Source: Amphiscolops sp. MND2022
Lineage: Eukaryota
DNA: 64,000 bases
Assembly: GCA_964187785.1 (NCBI GenBank)
Contig: OZ076409.1
Coordinates: 18,538,001-18,602,000, forward strand
Reading direction: 5' to 3'
Shown: piece after piece, positions 13,151 to 25,935 of the stretch
Position numbering within the stretch: position 1 is the first letter of the stretch
How the letters are laid out: each line of letters starts with the position of its first letter
The notes under the pieces: model-generated
The model's input: only the letters and a program-made list of their open reading frames with translations
What the model was told of the DNA's origin: nothing
The model's database searches: none
Translations under genes and position numbers: made by a program

Positions 13151-13533
13151 AATTTTTGTCTCACCACAACAAACTTGTTTCAAATCTTCATACCATCACA
13201 TTTGCTGCAAGTTGTCTGAAGTATTTTGTGAGCTTTTTCATCTTGGTTGTCGTTGGCGTCAGTTTGACATGTTCCGTATGAGTCTGTTTTCCACCAATTG
13301 AGAACTGAGTCGTACAAGTCCTTGTCTTTGTTTTTGCACTTTGGACAAGAAAATTTCCTTGGATGTTTCTATCGGATGGGGTCCGGCTTTGGACGATCCT
13401 AGCTTGCTTTCCACAGCTTATGGTGCGTCCGGTGGACCTTCTTTGACATTCTTGGCGACTAGTAGTGACTATAGGTGGCATTCCATACGAACTTCATATT
13501 GAAAGCTAGCGATTGTTGTCAAGGGTTTTTCAT

Positions 13534-14682
13534 TTAAATGGGGGTATTTCTTTTCCTGATGATGTCTGTTGCGTGTTCTTTTAATTTTGGTAACTGGAAA
13601 TCTTCAACTATCAGAATATTTTGACAACTGAAGCGTTGGGAATTGTTTGCAGCGGAAATTTGAAATTGGACTGTCCTGGTAGATTGGTTCTTTTGACTAT
13701 TGAATCCTCTTATGGCGACACTTGAAGTTTCCATGTGTTTTAATTCCAACTTTTTTGCTAACTGAGGTGACATGAAGCTGCGAGTGCTCCCACTGTCCAA
13801 AAGTGCATAGACAGTTTGTTTTAGATATGGGCAGTTCACGGTGACCGGCACTACTTGAAAGATTGCTGAATAATTGGCCTTTGTTGTGAAGATTTCGGTC
13901 TCGTCGTTAGTTCTTGTCTGCTGCTTGTCGCAAAAGTTAAACGAGTTGGACTTGAGCGCTGTTTTCTTTCGGTGAAGACATGTGTTGTGTCGTTGGTAGC
14001 AATTTTTAATTCCGCATGTGAATTTTGATAAACAGTCTTTCAACGTGTGATTTGGCTCAAACAGTTAAATCAAAGACTAAGGGTTGTCGCATTGACATGT
14101 CTTTTTTCGGTGGCATGTTTTTCCTATTTGCGCAACTGACAATTTGATGCGAGCTGTCCTTCAAAGGATAAAGATGTTTTGGGGCTGATGGTCTGTACAA
14201 TATAATCGTTGTTTTGGAATTCTGAACAAAATGTACCCGATGAGTGGCAGGGTGTTCCGCGTTTTGTTGTTCAAATTGTTCGTATGCTTCGGTTAGTGGT
14301 TGAAGCCAAAGACTAAGAGTTGACAGATTTGGTTGTCCAACTTTTTCTTTAACCAAAAACTGTTGCCGTTTTACTGCGTCCGAAAAGGGCAATTTGTCTG
14401 TTGCGTGCTTCAAATTGATTGTTGTGTATAAATTGGCAGGTATATTATGAGCTCCGAAAACACTTATCATCTTCTTCATGAAGGAAAAAAGTGTGATGTA
14501 TTTGTGAGGTCAATTGGGTAGAGGGGGAAGGTTTGTATCAATTGCTGGATCATTGTTCCAACCGTGACTGTGGGTCTGCCAAAACGACATTTCAGTTCGA
14601 CAATAGCTTCTTCGTAATAATTGCCATCATATCCAAAAGACTGTAAGACTTCTCTTGCAAGTCTTTTGACTAAACCTTGCAA
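13534..14682 (-). pseudogene. gag: BEL/Pao gag C-terminal part and aspartic protease
   Basis: Cys/His knuckle CGIKNCYQRHNTCLH, LLDSGS protease site, and gag motif YEEAIVELKCRFG. Confidence 0.88.
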
Positions 14683-14795
14683 ATATGCAAGTTTTGATCG
14701 TTACTCACCAAATTTTCATGAAAATGTTGAAAAGTTTGGTATAAATTAGAGAATTTGTCGTTGAAATCCATGAGAGAAAAAGTACGCCTTGTCTA

Positions 14796-15761
14796 CCCAG
14801 GTTCACCAAACACACTAACCATGCTATGATCATAGTATGATCATACTATGATCATGGTCATTCCATGATCATGGGCTTGCCAAGATCTCATCATGGCGAC
14901 GATGATTCACAGTATGATCATAATATCACCATCATGTTTCATATCAGAAAAAATGTAGTGAGAATAGAACATAGTTCACAGAAATTGCTTGCCGAAATCC
15001 ATATGCTGTGTTTTTAGGGAGGGACGCAGCTCATGAGATATACAGCATCGCACTTGACGACACCCACGACGAGAACGTGGCCTCTCAAAACTGAAAAAGT
15101 ATAGACCAAAACAGCTTGAAATCAATGAAAACACTTCAGATCTGTATTTAGATGCACTAGAATCGATGAATTATGATTATAACAACACCATCATAACTAG
15201 ATTTTGGGTTGAACATTTACCGGAAATACCCGCAAAAACGATGAAAGTATACCTGAATTGAACCCAAACTCTGCGGAACAATAGGAATTATATCATTTCA
15301 AGAAAACCATTCAAATCGTTGTTTAGATACACAACACCCGATGAATTATGAACATGATAAATCCATAATATTTACTTCTTGGATTGAAAAAGTATCAAAA
15401 AGACCCCCGAAAACCAAAATCCTAACTATCTCAGCGGCTTCAGGAAACGCGGTGCCAAAAAGCGTCCTTAATGCTATCCAGGCCATTAAGGTAACCCATA
15501 TAACAGAACAGAAACAACGGGAAACAAAGAGAACAAGGATAAAATGGTTCATGCATGCGCTCCGATTTCCAATATTAACCGCTAGGTGACAATCGAAGCT
15601 TTGGAAAACTTCGAACGAGGTCAACATACCATGATCATAGTCATCGACATGCCGTTCATAATATGATCATATTATTATCATAGTATGACAATCATTTTCC
15701 ATCGTGACCATACTATGACATGGTATGATTCATCTTTTCCGAATATGTCGGTCAACCTGGG
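14796..15761. mobile_element. Non-autonomous TIR element (CCCAGG termini) flanked by TA
   Basis: TIR cccaggttcacc / ggtcaacctggg (11/12 match), TA on both sides, and subterminal catga/tatgat repeats. Confidence 0.8.
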
Positions 15762-17534
15762 TATGAAGATCTATAAAAAATCTAATTCCTAGTTCCAAAT
15801 TATCAGATCAATCTTCTACTTTTGAATTAACAATTAGATTTCTGCAACATTACTGTTGAACCCATAGTGTAATTCATTCACCGTGTTTTTATAACACCTA
15901 ACTTTTCCCTTACGATACATGGGTTGCAAAAGTGAAATTTTATCATCATAAGTAGTTTGTTTTAGTTGTAAAACAATCTCGAACCGTATTTTAGTTCTTG
16001 TGATTAGATGAAAGTCTCACTGCCATTGACTTCGGATTAATAGTTTTTTGGACTGAAGGTAATTCGCTAAGAGATGAACGCTTGAAAAACGTTATTGATT
16101 CTGGAAGTTTTTGGGATACAATTTGTAGTTCAGGATTCCAAAATCTTGTCATTCCAGGATATTAGAATGTTACAAGAAACTCAGATAACTAAGTTTTCTG
16201 GAGTTTTCTAGTTTTCCATGCTGCTTCCATGCATGTAAGGCAGATGTTCTACAGAAGAAGGGAAATTTCGCGAGTCTACTTGGAAAAAATTCGTGAGGAA
16301 AAAGTGCTTCAAAAGCTTCAAATAGTTGAATGAAAAGTGAAAACATTCCACTTCTTCATTGTCTTGATCATTTTGTAGCAGTAGCTCTACTGTTGTGTCG
16401 TGTGAACTCTATCAACTGCCCCTGTAGTTGCGTAGCCTGTGAGCTCCTCGAAGAAAGAAGTTTTAGTGTAATACTGTAAAAGGAACAAATCGAAAAAACC
16501 GATGTCAAAACTTTTAGATGCAACAGCCGCAAAAAAACGTTTTAACTTCTGCTGGTGGTTCAAGAAGTAGAAGATGCTATCCAAAATTACTAGCTTTCGA
16601 GCTGGTGTTAAAAACCTTGCCGTTTTTTGTAAAAGTATGAGGTCTCAAAGTAAAAAACAGTAAAATCTCGTCACCGCTACTCCAAAAGCAGATGGCCAAC
16701 AAGGATTCGTCCTTATTCTGTGAGAGCTGGTGACGTATCCACAGCACTGGAAGCAGCCCTGATCCTGGAGGAGGTCCTGTGATGCTTGCCGGGGACGACA
16801 AGCCAGAAGCCCGGAGAGTGGTGTAATGGCATCTTGTAATCAGACTATAATTTGACAATTTTTGAAAATTTCGTTCAAACCTGACGTAGCATCTTGAGCA
16901 TGTTTTTGACGAAGTGGTTGTTTAAAAACGTAAAAAACACGGTCAAAACAGCCGCCCCACGAGGAAGAGCGAGACGACCGAGAAAGCAGACAGTAGAAAA
17001 AGAGTTGAAACGTGCCACAACATGGTGTTTGCCCGCAGGATCCTGTACTTTACGTTGCCGAACCCAGAGCTCTGATGACAACCCAAAGAGTCTACCCGTG
17101 CCCATGGGGTTGTACTCAGCTCGAGCGCTGGTGCCACAGTGACACAAGATCCACTGCTTTCTCCGAACTGGACTCTAATATCTTAATTTGTGAGGTATTT
17201 GTATTTAGATTGTAGTATGCTCGAGGGCTATTGTCATTTATTTGTATTTTTTATTTACCCAGATTCCCACTAAGGAAATTCAGTTATCAACAACCAACAG
17301 TTTTTGAGCTATCTACACGGTGGTTGCAAACCCCAGTGCATTTCAGGTGATTCTTAGCAGTTACAGACTGTTATCAAGCCCGAGAGCATCATTTGAGGCG
17401 GTTCCCCTCCTCGGGACCGACAACCCGTAGGAGGTAAAATGAGCTGGTGCTATGGTGGTTTATCCCGGACCATGCCCATGGTACCAATTCCTTCACTCTA
17501 TTGTTGCGTCACAAACGCTTAGCGCTTGCCGTTA
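15541..17534 (+). repeat. Duplicated block, copy A
   Basis: Homologous in two pieces to 34255-36274. Confidence 0.9.
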
Positions 17535-18069
17535 CATAGAAACTCATTCTCAGGCGATCACAGAGGGATCAACTTTGGAAGCGTTCCTGCATAGTTTTTT
17601 AAAAGATTTGGCCACCGGTGTCCATTGCCAAGACAGTTTTTACTCTGTGGATGAAAAGAGAGCCCGAGTTTTTACTTTTTAACAACTTGGGAGTGGAACG
17701 GATTGGACACAGATAAACCCGAAAAAAATCCCGTTTTCAGGTGTGATAATGAAACTTTTGGGAAGAAAAACCAAAAATGCATGTCTAATGTGTGTTAGTC
17801 CATCAGCGAGTATGTTTTTGCAGGTAGTTGTGACCGTACTGCGTTGCTACGTTTGTTTAACCGGTTTTTACAGCTGTTTTTATCTTTTTGACCTATTCAA
17901 GTCAGTAGCCGATGGGTGGAAAAGCGTACTCCACCACAGCGACGAAGGGGTGAAATGGAATGTTGCGGTTCGTTGTTTCCCGTTTCTCGAGGAGACGATT
18001 TTTGGTGCACAACGAGTGCAAATGCTGACGGTGCTTGTGACATACGAAGGTCACAACCCAAAAAGAGCA

Positions 18070-18790
18070 ACAGTGTTGTTGTCAAACAAACTCATAAACA
18101 ACTGATTTAGCTACTGCTCTATTTATGTTTAGTAGATACGGTGTAAAAGATACATACTTGACCATTTTACATTAAAGATAGATACAATACAGCTGAAGAG
18201 ATACTACCGTACCTAACCTGTTTTAAAGCTTAGATTTAGCGATCTTAACATGGCGCAGTAAGCAAGATTCCCTTTTACTAAATTTGTTCACCTCTTTTAA
18301 CCTTCCTACCTTACCAACATACAACTACACTAGAATGGCCGTAGCAACCAAGATACAACTACCATATCTAGAAGATACCGGATTAGACGGAAAGAAAATA
18401 TATACACCGAAAGAATCTACCGAAAGACTTCGGCATTATTTAAAAAGAATCTATAACATCGACATCAAACCGATACTAACGGATGATACGGTACCGACCG
18501 GAGACCCGTGGAATACAAAAGAGCCAGATATCAGACAAGATTTTTTCTGGGGTGCCGGACCGTCAGCAATTGAAATCATCACAAAAGGCGAATTCAATAC
18601 GGACCCAGATACAATTACAACCGACAGCTTTGAATACAGCTATTCAAAGAGTATTATATGCCGAAAAGAAATACGTACCATAGCCGCGGGGATTTTTTCT
18701 GGGCCAAACAAGAAGAAAACGAGACACCAGAAGAACACTGGAAAAAGCTGATAACACTTGAAAAGAACTGCGAATTCAAAGATATTAAAA
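18070..18790 (+). mobile_element. gag: Gypsy-B: LTR end + PBS + 5' part of gag, truncated
   Basis: ...cttaaca|tggcgcagtaag at 18250/18251 (LTR end/PBS); gag MAVATKIQLPYLE...QDFFWGAGP...EETPEEHWKKLITLEKNCEF; LTR start uncertain. Confidence 0.75.
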
Positions 18791-20838
18791 ATATTATTAA
18801 ATTCAAAGATATTAATGGTTCAAACCGCGTGACTCTAGCTGGTCTGGATGTGGAGAAAGCGCGAAGGTACATCTCATTTGATTAGAAGTGTCGCTCAGAT
18901 GGGTCATGTTTCGCGAAAATTTGGGATTGCACTTTTTTATGGGGAATGGTTGGTTCAGGTCAGTGGCCCTATTTTGCAATGTAACGACACCCTATGGAAC
19001 ACGTTCAAGTTTTTCGAAAGGTGTTTTTGCAAAAATGGCAATTTTTCGTGTTTCTTGGTGTTTTCCTTGGTTGGAGCACGCGTGCTCCGTACGTCCAAAG
19101 TACTATCGCAAAAACTGATGCAAAAGTAGCCTCGAGCCCTGACAGAGTCGGCAAAACTAGTAGCAGCAGATGTTGCGACTCGTTGAGACAAAAAAATGTA
19201 AATTTTGTGGTGAAATTGTGCGAAAAGTGAAAAACAAGGTCGAAAAATCATCAAAACTACGGGTGTGATCAGTTATAGAAGCCCGAAAAACTGTTCTACT
19301 GTAGTTTCTCGAGGCAAACAAAACCCAACAAAACAACCCTTTTCGCAAGTTTGATTACTTCTTGGATCGTGGATAAGTAAAAACCTTGCAATTTTGGCCG
19401 TTTTTGACAACTGTAGAGTTCACTGACGTACAAACCCTTATTGAGCGGACCTTATCTGCCATAAGAGAATCTGCGCATTCTCATTTCCTGTTTGTATTGT
19501 AAAAACGACGCGTGGGAGGAAAATCGGCATGTGAAAACTCTGTTTCAGTGTTGAGAAAAGTTGAATAACGCACTGAAAATTACCATTTTTGACTAAAACC
19601 GGACTGCCTAACTATCATAGCTCTATCTTGGAAGTAGCTAGTTTTTCTTAACCACCACCAAATCAAACGGTTGTTCCGGAAACGTGGTGAGCCTAGCTCT
19701 AGCCAAAGCCGAGGAAAACTCTCTGACGTTTCGACTTCAGAAATAGGTAAAATAGCCGAAAAAAAAACAAAAACTGTAAGACCAATAGTGTCTGGTGGCT
19801 ATGACTAATTGAGGGCTAGTGGCAGTGCTGTTTTTAATTGGGCACCACGTTCGCCCTATTTTCACTGCCGTAACGTTCAACGTTGTGATCCTCTTGGCCA
19901 ATTCGTGGAAAAATTTCAAGTGAGACTGTATTTGGTAAGATCGTGTCTGTACCCAGTCCTGATACAAGGCAATCTCTCGAGCTTCCATTGGACCTCTGAA
20001 TCAGCTTTTCGGGTGCCCACAGGTAATGTCAAGCAAACTTGGTGCCGATTGGTACGGTATTAGTTGAGAAATTAACGATAATGTACTGAAAAAAGCGATT
20101 TTTCGATATTTTTTGGAAGTGCCTGTACATCTTAGCTGAAGTGTGGGAATAAATCATAGGCCACCAACGTAATTTGTGCTGTGCTGGTTGGTGCATTGTT
20201 AGCAAAAAAACCGAGCCGCTATCTCATACCGTTGCTTGAAAATTGTATGATAAGTGTGCAATTTAGCTCCTATTGATAAATAGGGGTACTGATATACAGA
20301 ACCGCACGTCTGTACCGAGGCGAAACGGTGTATAAGCCTCGGAGCCCAGAACGGTGCTCAATTTTGTGTATGTATCTACGTAGGTTCAGGGTCCTCTGAT
20401 CCTTTTTGAGCCAGATTGGGCTTTTGAGTGACGAATACGAGCCACGTGTGTTTCTTTTGTACTTTCCAAGAAATTTCAAAGTTCGTTGTTAACGTCTTGT
20501 GCTTGTCTCAGAGAAACTGTAGCAGCAAACTAAGCTAATTTTCTAGATTTGTGGGTTGGTAACAATTGCTTGAGTGAATTTGAACTTGATACGACCCGTA
20601 GAAACGATTTCGACCCATTTGAAACGTGCATAGCCTGTTTTTGACAAAAGTTCTCACCGGAATAACCACAGGTCGCGTAACCTCCGGAGAGTTTCATCTG
20701 CATCATACGCCGTTCTAAACTGTTCTAGGCATAACAAAAATCTGTGAACACTGATAAAAAGCGTGCTAGCCAATTGTTCCGTAGAGGCGGCAGCCGTGGT
20801 GCTAAATTAAACTTTTCAGTACTACAGGTAACGATCTC

Positions 20839-23060
20839 TTGTTTGGTAGATGTACGAAACAAAGTGTGAATTCGCAGAAAAATGTTATGGGCTGTGTTGC
20901 AGCTATACCGAAACTGCTCACTGCTAGCTTGGCTAGCGGCACTGAATTGATTGAACTCAACACTTCTGAAGCGACCGAGACCAGCAAAATCTTTGAGCTA
21001 AGCTCGGTACAACGTGAGAGTTCGGGCAGTAATGACGACCTCAATTTACAGGAGTGGCCATCTGTGAGATCGTTATTGACTGGTTCGCTTTTTTCAGAAG
21101 CAATGTCTGATCGAGTGACTACTGGCCAGCAACGAAAAGAGGAACATGACGCAATGGTGCCTCTTCGACACCGGTCGCCGGTCTCAGAGGAATTGATTTG
21201 AACTGAACCTTGTATTCAGGACACGCAATAATTAATCCTCTTTTTAATCCTCGCGACGGTCTTCGGCTCATCGGGCTGTGGAAGAAGCCGCGGCGGATAG
21301 AACCGCTATGCCGGATGCCGAAGCTGTGGTAAAGCGATCCTTAGCGCGGTTGGTTGATACTCGTACCGAGTGCAGTGAGCAACTTAAGTTAATTACGGCT
21401 GAGCTAGAGGCGGTGCAGTGTTCAGTAAAAGAGAGTTTACGAGCCAATGACCAACAACAAACTGTGTAGTCCGCGAAAGTGGACGCTATGGGGTATCGCT
21501 TGGAGAAATTGAAAGATTTATTCTTCCAGCGCGAAGTACGCATGGAGGTACAGATGGCTGAGGTTAACGCTCAGATACATGTGTTGGGTGCAATGGCCCG
21601 GGGAGAAAACCGAAGCCTGATACATCCGCTTTTGACTTAAAAAAAACATAAAAAACATCAGAAGACCAGTCCTAAGACGGTGCCTCATGACTATTTTCCC
21701 GAAGCCACTTCGTGTACCATCCCGCTCCAGACAACGCTGTTGCAGAACCGAACTTAGGACAAGGGGGTGAATCCCAACACTGTGACTTCTTCCACCCTGG
21801 AATTGACTGGCACCAAAACCACGGCTGGGTCACCTATGCTACTGCTCGTACACAGAGGACCAGGACCAATTCAATGTATTTGACTGCCTATGAAGGAGTG
21901 CCCGCGGGCAACCCTTGTGCTAGTAGTACGCGTAAACGAGACCAGTTGGTGGGGGACTTGTACATCCAAGTCATCAAGGGAAGCAGGGATAAGATGCTTG
22001 CTGGCAGTGAAGATGGTGAAGCCATCTCCCCTAAACAACTACGGTTCACCAGAGCGATCTTCAAAGCCATTCAGAAGGCGTTAGCTCCTCTATTGGCTGG
22101 TCGTGATCCGTCAGAGGCCAGGCCCAGTGCTTATCGCGGATCTAAAGAGGGCTTCATTGACGAGTGGATATTGATCATGCGTCGATACTTGCAACGCACG
22201 CAGGCCAAGGCAACTCTAGACGGCAAAGCGTGGAGCATTATTGGTCGTCTGGAAGGCGAAGCCCGCAACTTCATTATCAACAAGGCAGAGTACGAACGGG
22301 ACTCACCTGAGAAAGTGTTCGAGTTGTTGGCCAGTCGGTTTGGTACGGAAGGTAACCGCATACAAGTGCGGCAAGCCTTCGCGTCTCGTTACCAGTTGGA
22401 AAAGGTAGACTGGATGCTGTGTTTGCATGCTTTGCAAGGGCTGCAAAGCCAAGGAGTCCTCAATGAGCCCATCACTACGAAGCGTTATGAAATCCCGCAG
22501 CGCTTTATCGAAGGTGTTCGAGACCCAGCTTTGCGACGTGGACTGTCTATCACCTATGCGTCCGAAACCAAGGTGACTGACCCACCCACTGTGGAATCTT
22601 TGAGGTTTATCACGCGACAATTGCAGCGAAATGGCCCAAAGCAGTCACAGGAATATAATCCCAGGCATGCAATGAGATCCAGGCCACGGTCTTCGTGCCA
22701 TTGCCACCCAACATACTGGTGCTTCCGCAAGGAGTGCTGCCACCACCTCCACCTAGCAATGCACCCGTGAATATAGCGGCTGCACCACATGCCGTACGTG
22801 CACGGATGGGTGAATGTTTCAACTGCTGACAAACAGGCCACGTTGGACGTGAGTGTCCAAACCATGATCAAGTCCTGAAATCTGCAATACAGCTTGAATC
22901 CAAACAGGCAGTAGAAACCACCATCGAGAATGCTGATGAGTGTATCGCGAAGAACTGCTTCGTGGTACGTTTTGGTGTGAACTGCGGCATGGTCGACCAT
23001 GTTGCGTCGCAGTGCGTAGAAAGCCCTGTGAGCGATGATTTTGCTTACAGTCGCTGGGCT
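20839..23060 (+). pseudogene. gag: Gypsy-C gag (coiled-coil N-terminus, capsid-like domain, two CCHC knuckles)
   Basis: AYRGSKEGFIDEWILIMRRYL...LEGEARNFI...LLASRFG...RFIEGVRDP; knuckles CFNC*QTGHVGREC (~22815) and VNCGMVDHVASQC (~22980). Confidence 0.85.
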
Positions 23061-23379
23061 GAAACGGAAGCAGCTGGTGTCGCTGCTCAAACGGTGCCCC
23101 TAGAGGCTGACCGTATGCTGATGCTGCACCCGGCAGAGCAGCCTGGTTTCAACACGCCTCTTACGGTCACTTGTGGCGCAAAGCAGGTGCAGACAAGTTT
23201 GGAACCAAAATCCTTCGACCCTCAAGGTCGCACCCAAAATCCATTTATCTAATGCTGGCCGCCGAGCAGCAATGTCGCCCTTGATTAACCCTGGCGAAAC
23301 CGTGGACGGTACCAAAAGACTCAAATCCCACAAGCTAAAAAGTGCTATGCTCGGGTGATTCTGGTACACTGACCACGTA

Positions 23380-23810
23380 TTCTCCTGTGCCTATCTGTGC
23401 TACCTTGGACGGAGTAGACGTTCGAGGAATGTGTGGTAGCGGACGTATTCCTGCCTGGAGTCTGCTTGGGTCTACAGGAGTTACGATGTTACAATATCAG
23501 CCGCCAAAAACCAACTGCCGAAGCCCGAATTGACCAGCGTGCGTCGCTCGTGGTGTCCTTTGTGATGCCGCATGCAGCACCTATCTCAATGCCTGGTTTG
23601 GTTGACATGGTGTCGGGGGGAGGGGGTGGTAGAGCAATACAATCAAAACCTTCGTCATAGCGCAGCGTGTGCGCATCCAATCAGGAGGTTACGGGCTCGA
23701 AGCCAACTTTTTGGTAGTGGATGAAGCAATGGGTGTTGAAGACTTCCTTTTGGGTCGCAACTTCCTGAGGGCATATCAAGTCCTCGTCGACTTTACTTCT
23801 GTGGAGATAG
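23380..23810 (+). pseudogene. Gypsy-C protease remnant
   Basis: ANFLVVDEAMGVEDFLLGRNFL (LLGRDFL box); active site degenerate. Confidence 0.7.
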
Positions 23811-24559
23811 TGGTACGAACACCGGTGGCATCACACTCATACTCAGGTTGGTGGCCCTGCTTTAGCGATCTCAATTGCTTTGGACCAACACTTAGTGTTG
23901 CAACCGTTTGAACGTACGGTGGTAAAATCTAAAATGGTCACCGACGACCTTGAACCACTAATTTTCCAAAATATAGCGCTAATTGCATCCATTGCGGAGG
24001 CGTCGCTACAAAATAATGTTTTTTACAGGACTGCGTTGCCGCTGTCAGTGAGGCAGGCCACCTCTTTATGAGTGTAATAAACCGAACCAGCAACACTCAA
24101 CGCGTGCGCGTGGAGGCGCACATATGGGAACCGTGGCGCCTGTGGTGCTCGTGTATCGCGCCATTCCACAACAACTGTCTGGTGCTGCTTGTAAAAAACT
24201 CGAGGTCGATAATGACCGTATTGATTATTCTGTTTGTAAAGTGAACGAAGCTTTGAATTTGAGTACTGAGTTTCAATTCACCTCTTTGTCCTCAATCGAG
24301 TTTTTACTCTCTACTGATCCATGTTAGGAAGGAAAAGGAAACGCACAGATTCCGAGCTAATGGATCCCATACCAGGGCCTGAGTCCCAGCTCCAGGAAGT
24401 CCAGGACCTGTGCGGCTCTAAAGCAAGTGCTTCTTTAGAAAAAATTTTGACTGAATTTGATGTTTTGTTCATGAAGCATAAGGCGGACGTTGCCAATGTG
24501 GACGTTGGACTATCGCCAAACACTCCGTTGAGATAAAGCCTGGTGCTATACCACATAAG

Positions 24560-25500
24560 GAGGGTGCCAGAATAATGTCTCCCGAAAAGGCAGATCGTGC
24601 CAATCAGGAGGAGCGCAGTCTGCTAGCTCTGGGGTTGATTCAACCGTCCCTATCACCTTTGGCAAGTGACATCGTGTTGGTTAAGAAAAAGAACGGGGAG
24701 TTACGGTTCTGCTGTGACTTCCAACCGTTAAATGATATCATCGTCAAAGACGCATACCCTTTGACCAGGATCGACCAGAGCTTTGCTCGGAGAGGCAAAG
24801 CCAAGGTCTACAGGAGCATTTATCTAGCGTGGGCTTTCTGGCAAAGTCCAGTGAGGAAAATCGATCGTCAAGATATTACTTCTAGCCTGTAAACTAGGTC
24901 TCTTTGAGTGGAGACGCATGCTGTTTGGCATGTGCAATGCCTCTGCCACGTTCCAGAGGGCGGCAGCGCGAGCGCTACAAAAAATCGTGAATTGTAAAGG
25001 AATCAAGGTCATGGCCTACCTTGATGACATCGTGACTGCTACAGAAATTGTAGAGGGTCACGTGGTCTGCTTTTGCGAGGTCGTTGAACGCTTGCGTGAG
25101 GCTGGCTTCAAGATGCGCGAAGCCAAGTGTGACTTCAAAAAAATCTGAAATCAAGTAGTTAGGTCGAAAGTTTTCTGCGGAGGGCGTGAAGCTTGGTCAC
25201 AAGGCAGTCGCAAAACTACGTGACTGAGATATTCCTCGCAACAAGACTGAAAAGCAATGCTTTCTTGGCTTCGCCAACTACTACCGCGAGGTCATTCCTT
25301 AGCATGCCAAACTGGTAGTACCTCTGCATGCCATCACGGGAATGAAAGCCACCTTCGCGTGGGGGTCTGAACAACAACGGACCTTCAACGAGATCAAAAA
25401 GGCTCTGATCGAGGCGCAGCCCGACCCCGCAGGCGAGTTTGTACTGGACACCGATGCCAGTGCTGTAGCCATCTCTGGAAACTTACACCAGTGGCTGGGC
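24560..25500 (+). pseudogene. pol: Gypsy-C reverse transcriptase and start of RNase H
   Basis: IVLVKKKNGELRFCCDFQPLN...KDAYPL, FGMCNASATFQRA, AYLDDIV, KCDF, FLGFANYYR, FVLDTDASAVAISG. Confidence 0.93.
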
Positions 25501-25935
25501 CTTCCAGCGGAGTGACGCCTGTGACCAAAGTTCACTCTGAGGGTGGACAATCAAGCTCTCTCGTGGCTAAAGACGTACTCCATCGTTTGGCCGATGGTTT
25601 GTCCAAACGAACCAAGGACTATCACTGGCGGGAAAAACAGCTCGCGAAGCTGCCATCCGTAGCCGAACGATGGAATTTTATGTCACAAGATGACTTTGAA
25701 CAATTGCCAAATGCGCTGTTGTTTGACGTGCAGGGTCGGGTAATACCCAATCACACAAACACACCCGCGCATCTGCAGCACGTGCAACGTGCTGCTCCTA
25801 GTTTGGTGCAGCGCATTGTTCGCCGTACTCAGCGAACACAAAGGCGGCAATGGCAGAAAGAGGCGTTACATACTCCTCTGCCCGTGCCTCCCCCACCTAT
25901 CTTGCATGCTCACGAGGATTTTCACCCAGACTATC

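Larger units (their letters stand above)
8770..14690 (-). mobile_element. BEL/Pao LTR retrotransposon, 5'-truncated and decayed
   Basis: Gag (YEEAIVELKCRFGRP), protease (YALLDSGSTRSF), Pao RT/RH pieces (FDLFGL...WDQPL; TIPKLELQA; FTGPLFL), integrase (VHLELV...SYNGTNFQGA...HGGGVWERMI), C-terminal RGQWPIGLV...VRSCYLRT, PPT and partial 3' LTR. Confidence 0.92.

Noticed and set aside
15140-15340. LINE endonuclease fragment (NTIITRFW resembling xxIIxGDFN)
   Set aside because: A single weak motif with no supporting neighbours.
16387-17215. Host gene exons in the duplicated block (e.g. YPCPWGCTQLERWCHS)
   Set aside because: No family recognised, and the frames differ by indels and stops between the two copies.
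19073-19088. 16-bp perfect palindrome ggagcacgcgtgctcc
   Set aside because: Isolated, with no second copy or element boundary found; it cannot be given a function.
20040-20050. PBS (tggtgccga) for Gypsy-C
   Set aside because: No upstream LTR matching any sequence at the 3' end was found; it may be chance.
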